Below, one piece after another: positions 11,418 through 23,326 of a DNA stretch of 64,000 nucleotides. The notes under the pieces are model-generated. The model was given only the letters and a program-made list of their open reading frames with translations. It did not search any database and was not told the origin of the DNA. The stretch spans positions 2,480,001 to 2,544,000 of the forward strand of contig OZ365118.1 in assembly GCA_977030845.1 (NCBI GenBank), in the 5' to 3' direction. The position numbers and the translations under genes are program-made. The DNA comes from Fimbriosthenelais zetlandica. Its lineage: Eukaryota. Every line of letters starts with the position of its first letter. Position 1 is the first letter of the stretch.

Positions 11418-12937
11418 TCATGCATGGCTCTCATTGTGTGTTGTCGATACACTGCTTTCACTAGGAACCTTACCCCGCCCAGCCCACGGCTGCTGGTTGG
11501 ACCAAGTCAATGTATAAGCATGGGGATCCATGGTAAAATAACTCCCTGGTAAATCAGGTATATAGTCATCATACTCAAAACCGTCAGCAGTCGCTAAACT
11601 CAGCTCTGAGGGCGTATGGCTCTTGTTGCCAGGGAATAGTTTATTTTTAGATAAGACTGGACTGAGACTGTCCGGGGTATGGGAGCTATGGTCATCTGTG
11701 TGATGGTTCTCAGGGCTCTGACCATCAGGTCGCTGTATATGTCTCAGTGGTAAAGGCTTCACATCTGGTTTATCTGTAGGTGAGATGTAATTCCCGGGTG
11801 GTAGATGACCTGGTGGTAGATGACCGGGTGGTAGTTCTGGGGTGGCTATTCTCGGCCTGTATTTAGGATCTTGTATGTAACGGTTGGTTGGTTCGTTCAC
11901 CCGCCGTCCGGAGTCTCTGCCCTCTACTGGTGGACGAGTCTCGGGTGGAGAACCATTCCGTTCATCTGAATCAGGAGAGCGGAGACCCACGGGGGTGTCC
12001 TCGATCCCGCTGTCTCTGAATCTCTTATTGTAGGAGTCCATGGGGATGGATTCAGGTGAGCGCCGACCTGCACGGTGCCGCCTGTCTGTGTCCATCATCG
12101 CTGGTGAGAAGATACGTGTAGGGGAGGTGGGGGAGGGGCTGAGATCCTCCTCATCAGCGAGAGGTACCCCGTCCTTGCCCTTACTTTTATCCACGGCTTT
12201 CTTGAAACTCTGGTTCCTTGGTTCTCTCGTGCTACTTGACTGCGATTCGGGTGATTGCGGTCGTCTATGTCTGTGAGACTGCGATCCTCGGCTATCATCG
12301 GGAGACTGGGATCGGTTCCTCTGCTGGCGATATTTTTTATAACCAGCAGAGTCGACCGTCTGAGCCTTCAACATCTGCGGATCATGGATGTAGTCCCCAT
12401 CACCGGCGTTATGTGAATAGGGACTCTGTAATGGCGAAGAATAGATGGCACTGTGTCGAGCATGCGACGAAGCTGACCCGGGCCTCACATCCAGGTTATA
12501 CGACAATGGCCGCCCACCGGTCACCGGGGAGGTGGCCTGGTAACCACGGCTACGGCCGTCAGTCACAGTCGGTAACGGACCACCCCGTGTGGTCACTCCC
12601 TTAGCCAGCACATAGTCACGATGTCCTATAGCTGGGTCCTTGGTATCTGGAGCAAATGTAACGTTATTGCTACCACAAGGACTGTGAAGACTGTGGGTTG
12701 GAGACTGGAGGCTGTGGCTGTGACTCGGGCTATTCGGCATGCTTCCGTTGGGGGTGAGTAAGGCCTGCTGTTTCTTGTCTTTCTTGTGACGTCGACTGAT
12801 GCGGTAGTGACAGGCGAATGCGATGGTAGCGAGAATGATAACGATACAGAGACCTACACCCACGATGGTCACCGTGTTCTCCCACATACCGCTACTGGGG
12901 GTCGTGTGGTCGTAGATGATACCAGAACCATTAGCAG
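11418..12937 (-). CDS. THSD1: THSD1-like receptor: terminal exon with TM helix and ~460-aa S/P/R-rich cytoplasmic tail
   Basis: Acceptor ttgtcgtttcag|CT at 12938 is in frame with the 489-aa ORF. The hydrophobic segment VTIVGVGLCIVIILATIAFAC is followed by a basic stop-transfer stretch (RISRRHKKDKK), a low-complexity tail and the stop at 11418-11420. Confidence 0.9.
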
Positions 12938-13234
12938 CTGAAACGACAATATAACCATACCATTACAGGGGAACTTTATAATATTTAGAGGTGAAAAATG
13001 TAATACATTGAGAACTTGGAAGTCGAAGTTCAATAAATAAGAAGTACTTTGTAATACTTTGTAATACTTGTTACATTTTCAGCTCACACAAACCAGAGAG
13101 TCTGTGAACTGAGATATCATTGAACAATCACATTTTATCACTTTTCCTGAACCTTTACAGGAGTAGGACTGTTGTTAGATATTCCATGACATGTACCAAC
13201 CCAGTTTCTGGTTCTATCAGTATCTTTTACTTAC

Positions 13235-13406
13235 CAACAGTTTTGAATGAAGCCACGAATGTTTCCCTGGATCGATGGTAGCCATCCTCATAGGGCGACA
13301 TCAACTCCACCAGGAGGATGTTGGAGGAACTACGAACTTTGGACGGCATCTGTCCTCCAAACTGGTGTAACAGGAGGTTACTCATCTGTGACGGCCCATC
13401 GCGCAC
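13235..13406 (-). CDS. THSD1: THSD1-like receptor: CUB domain second half (172 nt, phase 0-1); not in the ORF track
   Basis: Acceptor tttctgtcttgtccag| and donor GTT G|gtaag. My translation is VRDGPSQMSNLLLHQFGGQMPSKVRSSSNILLVELMSPYEDGYHRSRETFVASFKTV, matching the CUB C-half (V.DG...L...G...P..V.SSSN.L.V.....F.A.F). Phases join exactly to both neighbouring exons. Confidence 0.88.
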
Positions 13407-13554
13407 CTGGACAAGACAGAAATATAGTGTATTTAGTGAAATGAATGGATCTAAACAGTGGAAAATGTCTCAATATCCAGTATTGCAATTGAACCCAGAT
13501 CCAGACACAAACACACCAGAGTAGAAGACGCTAGGTCCAAGCAAAACAACTCAC

Positions 13555-13769
13555 CTTGACCCATGTATATCTATTATCCATGTCGAGAGCGAACACCTCG
13601 AATTCGAGTTGGACAACCTTGCCCTTGGCTGCCTGGATCTGCCACACGGACGATCCACGACACCTATCAGTGGTTCCCACGATCTTACCGCGAGGGGCGT
13701 TAATGTTACACCCACACTGACACGAGGGGTCGGGCGTGTAAGAATCAGCAGGCTCCACCGTCATGGCGT
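13555..13769 (-). CDS. THSD1: THSD1-like receptor: CUB domain first half (215 nt, phase 1-0)
   Basis: Acceptor ttcccttgtag| and donor AAG|gtgag. Reads ...CQCGCNINAPRGKIVGTTDRCRGSSVWQIQAAKGKVVQLEFEVFALDMDNRYTWVK, matching the CUB pattern CG...G.I...C.W.I.A..G..V.L.F..F.L. Confidence 0.88.
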
Positions 13770-14031
13770 CTACAAGGGAACAGAGCATGTTATCAGTGAC
13801 AAAATACAATAGTCATACCTTAAAAAGTACAAGGAAAGTCTATCGTAAGGCAGAACACTCAAAGGATGATTCTGCTTGCAATACAACTGAGGCAAATTTG
13901 ATGCTTGTATCTCAATAAAATATATATTTCCTTTTCAAATTTAACCCTCAATAAAGATATATTTCCTTTTCAATTTTGGTTAAATATATACGAGGGAAGT
14001 AATTAAGAAGTAAGGTGGATATTAGTCGTAC

Positions 14032-14214
14032 CTTTGCATGGGATAGAGCAGGTTTGCCACTGTACTGTATCGCCGACACAGAAGCGACCGCCATGTTCGG
14101 GAGGTGGGCTGTCGCATGCGCGATATCGCGAGCGTTTACCTGCTCCACAGGAAACGCTGCTAGAACAGGCTGTCCACTGAGCCCAGGGTGACCAGCCGCC
14201 ATGCACCACTGTAC
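14032..14214 (-). CDS. THSD1: THSD1-like receptor: thrombospondin type-1 repeat exon (183 nt, phase 1-1)
   Basis: Reads GTVVHGGWSPWAQWTACSSSVSCGAGKRSRYRACDSPPPEHGGRFCVGDTVQWQTCSIPCK, a canonical TSP1 repeat (WxxWxxW, CG.G.R.R.R.C, C.G, six Cys). Acceptor ttacag| at 14215 and donor AAA G|gtacg at 14031. Confidence 0.93.
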
Positions 14215-14340
14215 CTGTAAGATAGGACACATGATATACATTATTATACAGATCATAGACCATCCTCTAACATAGGACACATGTCTTACATTACTACATG
14301 TTTTCATAGACAATCCTGTAACATAGGATACATGTATTAC
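14214..14340. repeat. About 50-bp diverged tandem repeat (2.5 copies) at the TSP1-exon acceptor
   Basis: cctgtaagataggacacatg (14214), cctctaacataggacacatg (14264) and cctgtaacataggatacatg (14315). Confidence 0.85.
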
Positions 14341-16749
14341 ATGAATTCATGCTATGGTAGGTTACAGAAAATATATCAATGGGAAATTGATAAATAGACA
14401 TGAGAAACAATGAGTTAAATTCCTGAACGATTAGGAAAAGTAAAAACAGGATTCGCATTCCAGAGCCATGTTACAGAATAAAAGTATGAATAAAAGCTAA
14501 ATGGGAGAACCAAAGCTTTAAGATAAAGAAAGTGTATTTGTAGTTAAAAATATATCTGGAAAACCACATTCATTTCCTACAAAAGACTCTCAAAAGACCA
14601 TATTGTCATCTACTCCTAGGCGTGCATTTATACTTGTTGAATAAATATCAAGATCAATTGTAGGAAATTATTTCATTAGGCATATTATTACTGCAACTAA
14701 TAAGGAAAGTGGGAAAAGGAAAAGATGAATATGAAGTCGAAATTGAAGCTTGGAAAGACAGGCAAGAATCCATTGCAGTTGATGGTAGCAGCAGAGAGTA
14801 TAAATGGTCGATTCTGCATGCATAACTATGTATGCCTTTCCCTTGACCTTAGGTCAACATTCCTAGCTTAAACAAAGCTAATCAAACAGGGACAGGGGAA
14901 CCAAGTGCCCCAACATAGCTACTCCATCACTCCACGCCTTATCAGGAGGTGGCGCCAGTGGTGGCTAATTAGAGGAGTAGTTCATGATGACACCGAGTGA
15001 TGGAGCCTGTGAGGCGACCCCAGCAATGTTTAATGCATGACTAAGACACGGGATTCCCCGCTCTGAAGGCCGCCTCCAGAACAACCATTACTATGAACCA
15101 TTACAGGAAATGTTCCAGAACCAATAGGTGACCTCATATGGCTGACTTCATCAAATATTCCATTCTAAATTCATATTACCAGAACAAGCGGACTAGCACA
15201 CATTCATGCATCAATAATTGTTTCTATAAAGTCAATTTAAGGGTCATTTTACTCTCACACAAACTATGTATTATATGAGACTGCCTGAAATAATTACCCA
15301 TTTCCATGTACTACTCACAAAGATTCACAATGCTATATTCCCTATACTACTTACATTGGTAATATGAAACTGATTGCAATTATCTAAGAATATCTCCCAA
15401 CATAAGGATACAGTTTGTAACCTGAGTTTTGTACATTATCTAGATGGAGATGGGAGTAGGGACACATGTCTGGATGCTGGGCTATGCTATAGGTGTGATG
15501 AGAGATGCGTGTAGGTTTTCTCACGCAGGTCTACACCTTACACCACATGTGATAGGCCCTGTACATTCTAGTTACCATGACAAGCTGTATATATATCCAC
15601 CTCCTAACACCTACACCTCCCACCTACTACCTCCCACCCGGCAAGCCTGGACCCAGCACGCCAGCATACTGACCCATGGACATTACCAGGGTCTCACAAA
15701 ACATCATCAGATGGTCCCTTTAACCAATGGCTTTCAATAGCAGTTAAGGGTCTTCATGGGTTTGGGATATGATTAAAATTATTTCTAAACGTCCCATCTG
15801 TTTCTCAATGAATACAAATATGTCTCAATAGAGATTATAGAAAGGTAAAACAAGAATTATGGGGAGATAGCTGGGCAGGGGTATTTGACTTTGAGATCAC
15901 TTTCTATTGAGTGGATGAGAATAGATTTAGTACTGGGATGGTCTGGAAAATTTCCGCTCGGATCTGGTCATTGGAGGGAGCGTATGCTACATCCGACACA
16001 CCAATAGGTTCAGGAAAGACAATAAGATCCACTGACACCCAGAATGCACCTGTAGGGAGGCGTTTGACCCGGTTGTAAGCAGGGAGCGATGGTTGGACAT
16101 TAATCATTAAACTTTACGAGGACATTCAGACCCGTTACACCGACACTACACAAGACCTATCTATTGGTTGAAACTAGTCACGTGGATAGCCCACACCATT
16201 TGTCATTGGCCAAAGTAGAGAGGCAATAAGGAGCCGCTAGGAGGCGTGCACAATGCGGCAAAATACAGGGGAAACTAGTTCTCACACACCGCCACCAACT
16301 TCCGGTCGAATCATGTGGTATGTAATACAAGTGCGCCTGCGCAGTGGAGTGAGTGTAGGGGGTAGGGTGAGAGGAGTGCGCATGTGTCAGTTTTAGGCAA
16401 GCCGTGGTAGATCTTGATTGAAAGTAAAATGATTACAAAAGGCCCTCAGTCCGAGACATCAGATCTACAAGAGCTAAAATAGCCCCCCTCTACTCTGAGA
16501 CTGTCAGATTAGAGGATAGTTTCAAGGACAGACAGGCACCCACTAATATGACAAAATATAACCTTTTCTTAGCAAAGACTTCCACTTAAAGATATCAATA
16601 AAAGGCTACCAAACTTTTTGTGAAAAATAGGATCTTTTAGACTACTTTGGGAACCTTGTAAGCTGAGCTAATATGTGGTAAACAGAAACCATTTGAGGCC
16701 TGCAGAATGAGGCCATATTTATCCCATTACTTGGCAAGAGAAGGTTTGG

Positions 16750-16875
16750 GTTTCCATGGTAACTGCTTTTCACATTTGGCGTCCCTTAATTCTATTGTAG
16801 AACTTGCCCCGAGGCCATCTCACCTCGGTCGTGAACTAGGCGTGACGTCATGGCGCAGAAAAATGGCCGCCATAT
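16750..16875. promoter_or_regulatory. X-box + CRE + YY1 module
   Basis: GTTTCCATGGTAAC (16750-16763), TGACGTCA (16843-16850) and AAAATGGCCGCC (about 16860-16871). Confidence 0.45.
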
Positions 16876-19399
16876 CTGTTTTATATCACCCACCATATGG
16901 AATATCTCTATAGATCTTTTCTTATAGAATAATGGGGGGTCGTATGTATCTATGCTATTCTCTGGGCACATCACTCAATGAGGAAACAAAAAGTCCTCCT
17001 AGTATTTCTATAGCTATCGCAGGATAGGAGACTGGAAATGATCCATGAGTTTGTCTCGAAACAATCTGCTTTGTTTCGCCTTTCAATGGACCAGGACAAA
17101 ATGGAGGAGGCGTGGTAACCTACAAGTAACATCCATATGTTACCATATGTTACCAGCTACCAAAGACGACATAGCAGAATGCACGAGCCACAGTCATGGA
17201 TGTAATGAGAAACTCTAAAATATTCCTCCTGAAAGAGGGGGTAACTGTAGGACTATTGTCTATAATAACTATTTTTCTCACGATGCATCTGACCAAACAT
17301 GACATGCATTCTCTCTACACAATAAATTTATCTCAATCTCTATTTCTATTATGAAGCACAATACCAAATCTCCTGATAATATATTTTAAGATGTGAATAA
17401 TATTTTGTGGTAGAAATATAAAACACAAGACAAAAGAAAGCATGCTATGTCATACATCTCGTGATGTAGCAAATCAGAATGTGAGAGGAAAAAGAAATAG
17501 AAGCGAGCAAGGGCGTGCAAAATGGGCACATAAAATGATGACGTCGCGAAGCCAAACTTACCATGAATATCCCGGATGGAAGCACATTGGCAACGCGAGC
17601 AAAGTGAGGGAGAAAGGGAAAACAAAACAATCATGAGAATCATATTTTCTCTGAAGGGAAGGCACTGTGTATGCAAATTATTTGGTATGATAACATTAAT
17701 CAGATAAATAATTATTATACAACACTGTAACATTGGATCCAAACTTTCTGTCATGATGTGTTTTAGTTTAACTTTACAACATGCATATTGGCACTTTATG
17801 AACAGATTAGTTGCGCAAATCAACAATTTGAATCAGTGATTCATCATTTTAGTGATAAGAAATCAACACAAAGTTATCTTTCCATGTTGCTGTTCGGTGA
17901 ATGAGGAAAAAGCGATGAGCATTTGGACGTGGCGTGATAAGGGATCATCATGTTGCATAATTCACAACAAATAGCACACATGCGATACATAAATTACCAT
18001 TATATCTTTACTGGAGGTCATTCTGCCCCAAGTTAACCCGGATATTGTCCCTCAAACATTCGTGACCACCCACTTTCCACAGGAGGACTTTTTCATTGTC
18101 CGCCATGTTATTGGCATGTCCCTGGCCTCCCAAGCTCACCCACCTCCCTGTTTCTTCTAATCTTTCAGCCTTTTTTCCTCTAAAACTAACATCTCCTTCA
18201 ATGCCCTGACCACCATAAGCCACACCATTTGTAAGTAGTACAAACACTAAGCCCACTGCTTCTGGCGACAGCCTAGCCTCGCTCTGACCCCACGAACTTT
18301 GACCTAGCCCACCTCCTGGCGGCCAGGCGGCTAACCAGCATCTCAGGTTGCGGATCGCTATTCTTTGCCTTTAATCTGGTTAACAGGAAGCGCAGGGGAT
18401 TGTGGGTACGGTGTATAGGGATTGTTTTACCGGTGGACTTTGTTTCGCCTCCCAGGAATAGGTCGTGTTACAGATTACTGCCTGCGCGTATTGATACACT
18501 AACTCTGCTCCCAAAAATAGTGCCATCATCCAGAGGAAGGTCACACATTACCAGATGAGGCTAAAGACCCACACAAGATGATTAATGTAGAGAGATATCT
18601 CAGGCCCGGGAGGCTGGATAAGATAATTAGCCTCATGAACCTTAGGCCCTGAAAACAGGAGCATGGATAATTAAATCAGAGACAAAGGTTTGAAATATGG
18701 ATGACGGGTGACTCCCTGATGGAAGCCTGGTAAATTGGGTGTGGCCAACTATATGATATACCTTTTGTAAATATCTTTCTACTATCTTTCTAATATCAGG
18801 TCTTCTTGTATTAGACCATTTTATAATATCCGAAACTCGAAGGAGTGGTTAGTTTACCAGGCTTTACCTGGGGGGTTATATCAGGAATGGGTGGAGCTGT
18901 TTGGGGGAATAAGAGGAGGTGAATATATAGAAGACATCCTGATTTATAATACAAGAGGGAGAGATGAAAAATGGATGAAGGAAACAAGGAATGTGAGTGA
19001 GTTTGCTGGGTGGAGGATAGAGAGGATAATCTGGGTGAAATATGCCCCCGGCAGACCCCCGTCCAACACCGGTCAATAATGTAATCAGAAAATGGTGTTT
19101 AAACAAGATTTGGAAGATGCCTTGTTGGTCTTCTAAAGCTGGAGACCGTGCCAGAGAGCAGATTATGTCTGGGAAAGATCCGGCGTGGGCTGATGGAAGG
19201 AAGAAGCAGCAGGTCTGAGGGTAAAAAAGCTGGATCTAGGCTGAATGACAAAGGTAGGAGAGGGGGAGGCATGCCCCAGACACAAACCTGAGTCATTAGA
19301 CCCGCCATGGCGGTCTCCATGGTAACTTACCCTCCATCCGGGCACTTAAACTTCCAGGTACTGAGTGCTGGGAGGGGTAGGGAGGGTACGGAGAGAGGG

Positions 19400-19456
19400 G
19401 GGTACAAAGAGACTGAGAAGAGGGTACAAAGAGACTGAGAAGAGGGTACAGAGAGA
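19400..19456. repeat. 22-bp tandem repeat, about 2.5 copies
   Basis: Unit gggtacaaagagactgagaaga. Confidence 0.85.
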
Positions 19457-20904
19457 GGAGGGGAGAAAGAATGAATGGAATCTCTTGATGGGGACGCGGG
19501 TTAAAAGAAGGTGGCTCAGCTAAATGGATTATATGATGGCAGGCTTTATAAGATATTCAGCCATGTCAGGAAGGTCAAACGGAGCTCAAGATTTAAAGAT
19601 GGCAACTCTCAGAGATCACAGAGACAAATGTATGCATCTCCAAGAGCACACCCTGCTACTCTAAGATATGACAATCCAAAATACAGGCATCTTCAAGAGC
19701 AAGTCCTGCAACTATCAGAAATGATAACATCAAATATTTGCTAACGCATCTCCAAAAGAAGGTCAATTCTACCATACAGCTGGTTTTACCGAGAAGGAAA
19801 AATTCAGAAGGATTATATTGCTGTTAAGCATGGAGGTTGCATAAGGGGTGAAAAGAGGGCATGGGAAGGACCAGGAATGGTGGTAATTTAGAGACACAGG
19901 AGGGGGGAATGTGAATAAAGGATGACGAGTGTGGCCGTGTGAAGAGTGTGTTGATATAGGAAGAGACTGGGTTTAATTTAGAGCCGCCTGGCGGGCTCTC
20001 CGGGGACTGACGATTGAGTGGCTCTCCGCCTCTCAATGCAAAGCGACGCGCAGCAGGGGGCCACGGCCATGACGTGGCAAAAAGCATGTCTCGCCTTAAC
20101 TCAGTAAAACAGTCTTTGTCTCTCCATAAATTCTTTAAAACAATGACAGGTCCATCTAGCCTCAGAGAGAGCATCAGGCAGGACCGCGACATAAAGACTT
20201 CAAAGAAACCTCATCATTTCTCGGCCGGTCATTGGAGAGTTAAGTTGTCCACATATTAATTGGGGCGTGGCGACAGAAATGGGTTGGGATACTGCTCATT
20301 TCCAGTGTCATGATACCTTTCAGGCCTTTGCATGTCTTTTGGTCAGGTAATTCTTCAACAAAGACTATAAGAGGTCATTTCTGGAGCAAAAGTGACGCCA
20401 TAATTTCTCTACTCTTTGAACTATGAAGCTCATGAATTCACATCTTACTTCATGACGTCACATCCGGTTTACCTGACGACCTATAAAGACGACCTTGACC
20501 ATATCTCTCCATTAGAAAGTCCCGGATGTGTGGTGATAAGGTAGAGAGTACAGAAGTTAGGAGATGAGTATGGCCATGTCACATGACCATCTACCTGGCC
20601 TCGTTGTGAACCATAAAACCAGGCATCATCCGGGTCCTAAAGGTCAAGTGAAGGTCGATCCGTTTGACATTATATTAATATGCATATATTCAATGAGATT
20701 TCACGCGACCAGTCAGTCTGATCTCTGAGGATTTATACAGATGGCAAGCTGATCCACCGGTGGATCGCGATGTGGACAGGTCAGTGGTCAGTATCTGGTC
20801 AGTAAATGATGGATGGGTGTATGATAGTGACCACTGGATGACCAGAGCCACAGATGGTTTTATAGCTCACTGTCATGATGGACATCAGTCAATAAGTAGC
20901 CTGC

Positions 20905-20961
20905 AGGCCTATCTATGGAGGGTTTAGGCCTATCTATGGAGGGAGTAGGCCTATCTATGGA
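20905..20961. repeat. 21-bp tandem repeat, about 3 copies
   Basis: aggcctatctatgga at 20905, 20926 and 20947. Confidence 0.9.
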
Positions 20962-23272
20962 TGGTCTGATGAATTAAAATGTAGGTAAATGGAGGCTCTT
21001 GTAGATACTGACCATGGCAATCTGGGGGACAATCAGCCATGGATTATTCCATGGATTATTCATTGAGCTATAGACAGTGGTATTATATTATCTCTGCATA
21101 TTAATGATAGGTCCGAGTCTCATTGTTAAATACCCAACAATACCGATCATAATACCCAAGAGAATATACCATCAAAAGACCAATACATTATTATGTAAAT
21201 GACCTTTTTTCATAACATACCAACAGCAAAACAAAGAATGCATGGCTAAGAGTATGAGCTCAGGCACTCCTTCATGGAAAGTTCAGGGAAAGTAGATCTA
21301 TATAGGTATGGTTTCCTTTTGAGCTAACAAACAAGGACAAGTCGTGGTCAGCAAACAAATGGGCAGTAGAGGAGAGATGTATGGTATTGTCCATGAGGAG
21401 GGCAGTATCAGATTGACCTTTACTGGCCGCTTGTAGGGAGGTATTCACATGAGCTGACTTATCACCAGCATCTCTCCAGAATGTCACGAGCTGCTCTATA
21501 AAGGCACGAGTAACTCGCTCCCTTGTTTTCTCCATCACGCCTTTGTTCTATTATTCCAAACGAGAGCACTCCGGTTATACAGATATTTTACTTAGAAGGA
21601 ATTATCTTGGCATGGATGGGAGAAAGAAGGAAACATGGAATAAAGATTGGAAAACTGTTTTCCATGAAATTAATATATTAAATTTAAATTGATTAATGGC
21701 ATATAAACATACTTGAAAATGTAGAGTATAAAATATTTTATGGAATATAGCTTAATAAACTTCTGAAGTCTCATTTGCATGTAAATTGACTGCGGACCGA
21801 AATAAAACTATGTTACGATCTCCAGTCATTTTATACATTCATGGATATAGTGTGTAATACATATCTTCTCCTGGCATCACTTGGACGAACCATGGACTCT
21901 CTGACTGATCACCTCCAATAATGAACTATTTTATCAGTTCCCTGCACTAAAGCAAAAACAAGCCCGTCCATCATACATGTCATTCTACTCAAAAGATGCG
22001 TTGAAGCATCGGTTTAATGAATGCGCTGTTCATATGGATTCCCATTTAAATCTTCTGTTGGTATTATCTCGAATCAAAGAAACTAAATTGTAACACCAGC
22101 CTGCCAAGTCCATTTCCCTTCAATGTAGAAGTCCTATTGTAATTACAGTGACAGAAGTGGTAGCGTAATTTAATTGTAATTACTCTGGCATAATACTGGC
22201 TGTTTATGAGCCCTCTGAGACCTGCACACAAGAGCCAAGACGTAAAACGTAATTTACTTCTGGACATTCATCTGCTTGTAATTGTTCCCTTTTGTGCTAC
22301 AGAACCAGTTTTTCTTGGTTCTCACTGTCCTTGAAGGATCGGTGTCATGATTTAAAACTCGAACCAATACAAAAATGACAAACATTCTCCATTCATCAGA
22401 AATGGACACCAGATAAGGGACATTTTGTCTCAAAAATAAGACAGGAAATTCGCCATCAATTACCTGCAAGATTCATGGATATTCAGCATTGATTTTATCC
22501 ATATTGGCTCATTTTTTGTCTTAGAACAGAAACTTATTTGCCTATTTTTTCTACCCTACATCGTCTCCACTTTATTGCATACCAGAATGCTGTTACCTCA
22601 GCCGTGGTCACGTGATGGAGTTTGATGAGAGAGAAGCGGAAACACGTGACCTCAGCGTCTCTGTGATCATGGCGGCCATATTAGAAGGTAGTACCACCTG
22701 ACAGGCCGCCATGACCGGGGTGTGGGCGGATCATGTACCGTGTCACCCCATATAATGGTGGAAATGTTCCCCACGACCTCCATACATAGTCCTTACCTCA
22801 CTATGATCATATGATTAGAGTACTTTATATATGGACATACATGTATCAACATTAGGGTTTATATACTCAATTAAAGTACACTTCTTAAAGGCAAATAAAA
22901 TGGCCTACACAGATACTTACAACATAACAAAGATCTTGTCTTCCTTACTGCTAATGTATATGAAAAATGCAGAAAGTGCAAGATTGTATGAGGATGTGAG
23001 GGGACAGAATGGCAAGTGAAAACCCCTTTTACTTTTATATTAGTCTTTTGAACTTTTTAAAGTAAACGAGAGAAGCTCATTGTAAAGATTGTCTATTGCT
23101 TCTCCACAAATAAAGACTTCTTTGAAGACGGCAGCCCTCAGTCACACATCAAACCCCTAGTGTATCTAATTGGCAAATCACTCCGGCCATAGCTTCCCTT
23201 TGACTAAGCCCCACACACATGTTAATCCTTTGCTCGTCTGAAGCTTTCAACCCTCAAGGATTTCTAAGTATA

Positions 23273-23326
23273 TGAAGGGAGAGCAAGCATGGGGGGATGT
23301 GAAGGGAGAGCAAGCATGGGGGATGT
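23273..23326. repeat. 27-bp tandem duplication
   Basis: tgaagggagagcaagcatggggg at 23273 and 23300. Confidence 0.9.

Noticed and set aside
12040-12604. Overlapping ORFs of 67-128 aa (also 50973-51634, 13247-13812 and 13948-14313)
   Set aside because: These are antisense or alternative-frame shadows of the real coding exons and have no independent signals.
18008-18256. 82-aa ORF that appears to begin with a signal peptide
   Set aside because: The start is GTG, there is no homology, and no phase-compatible splice sites were found.
21272-21538. 88-aa minus-strand ORF with protein-like composition inside the giant intron
   Set aside because: GTG start, no convincing flanking splice sites and no recognisable family; within chance for 64 kb.
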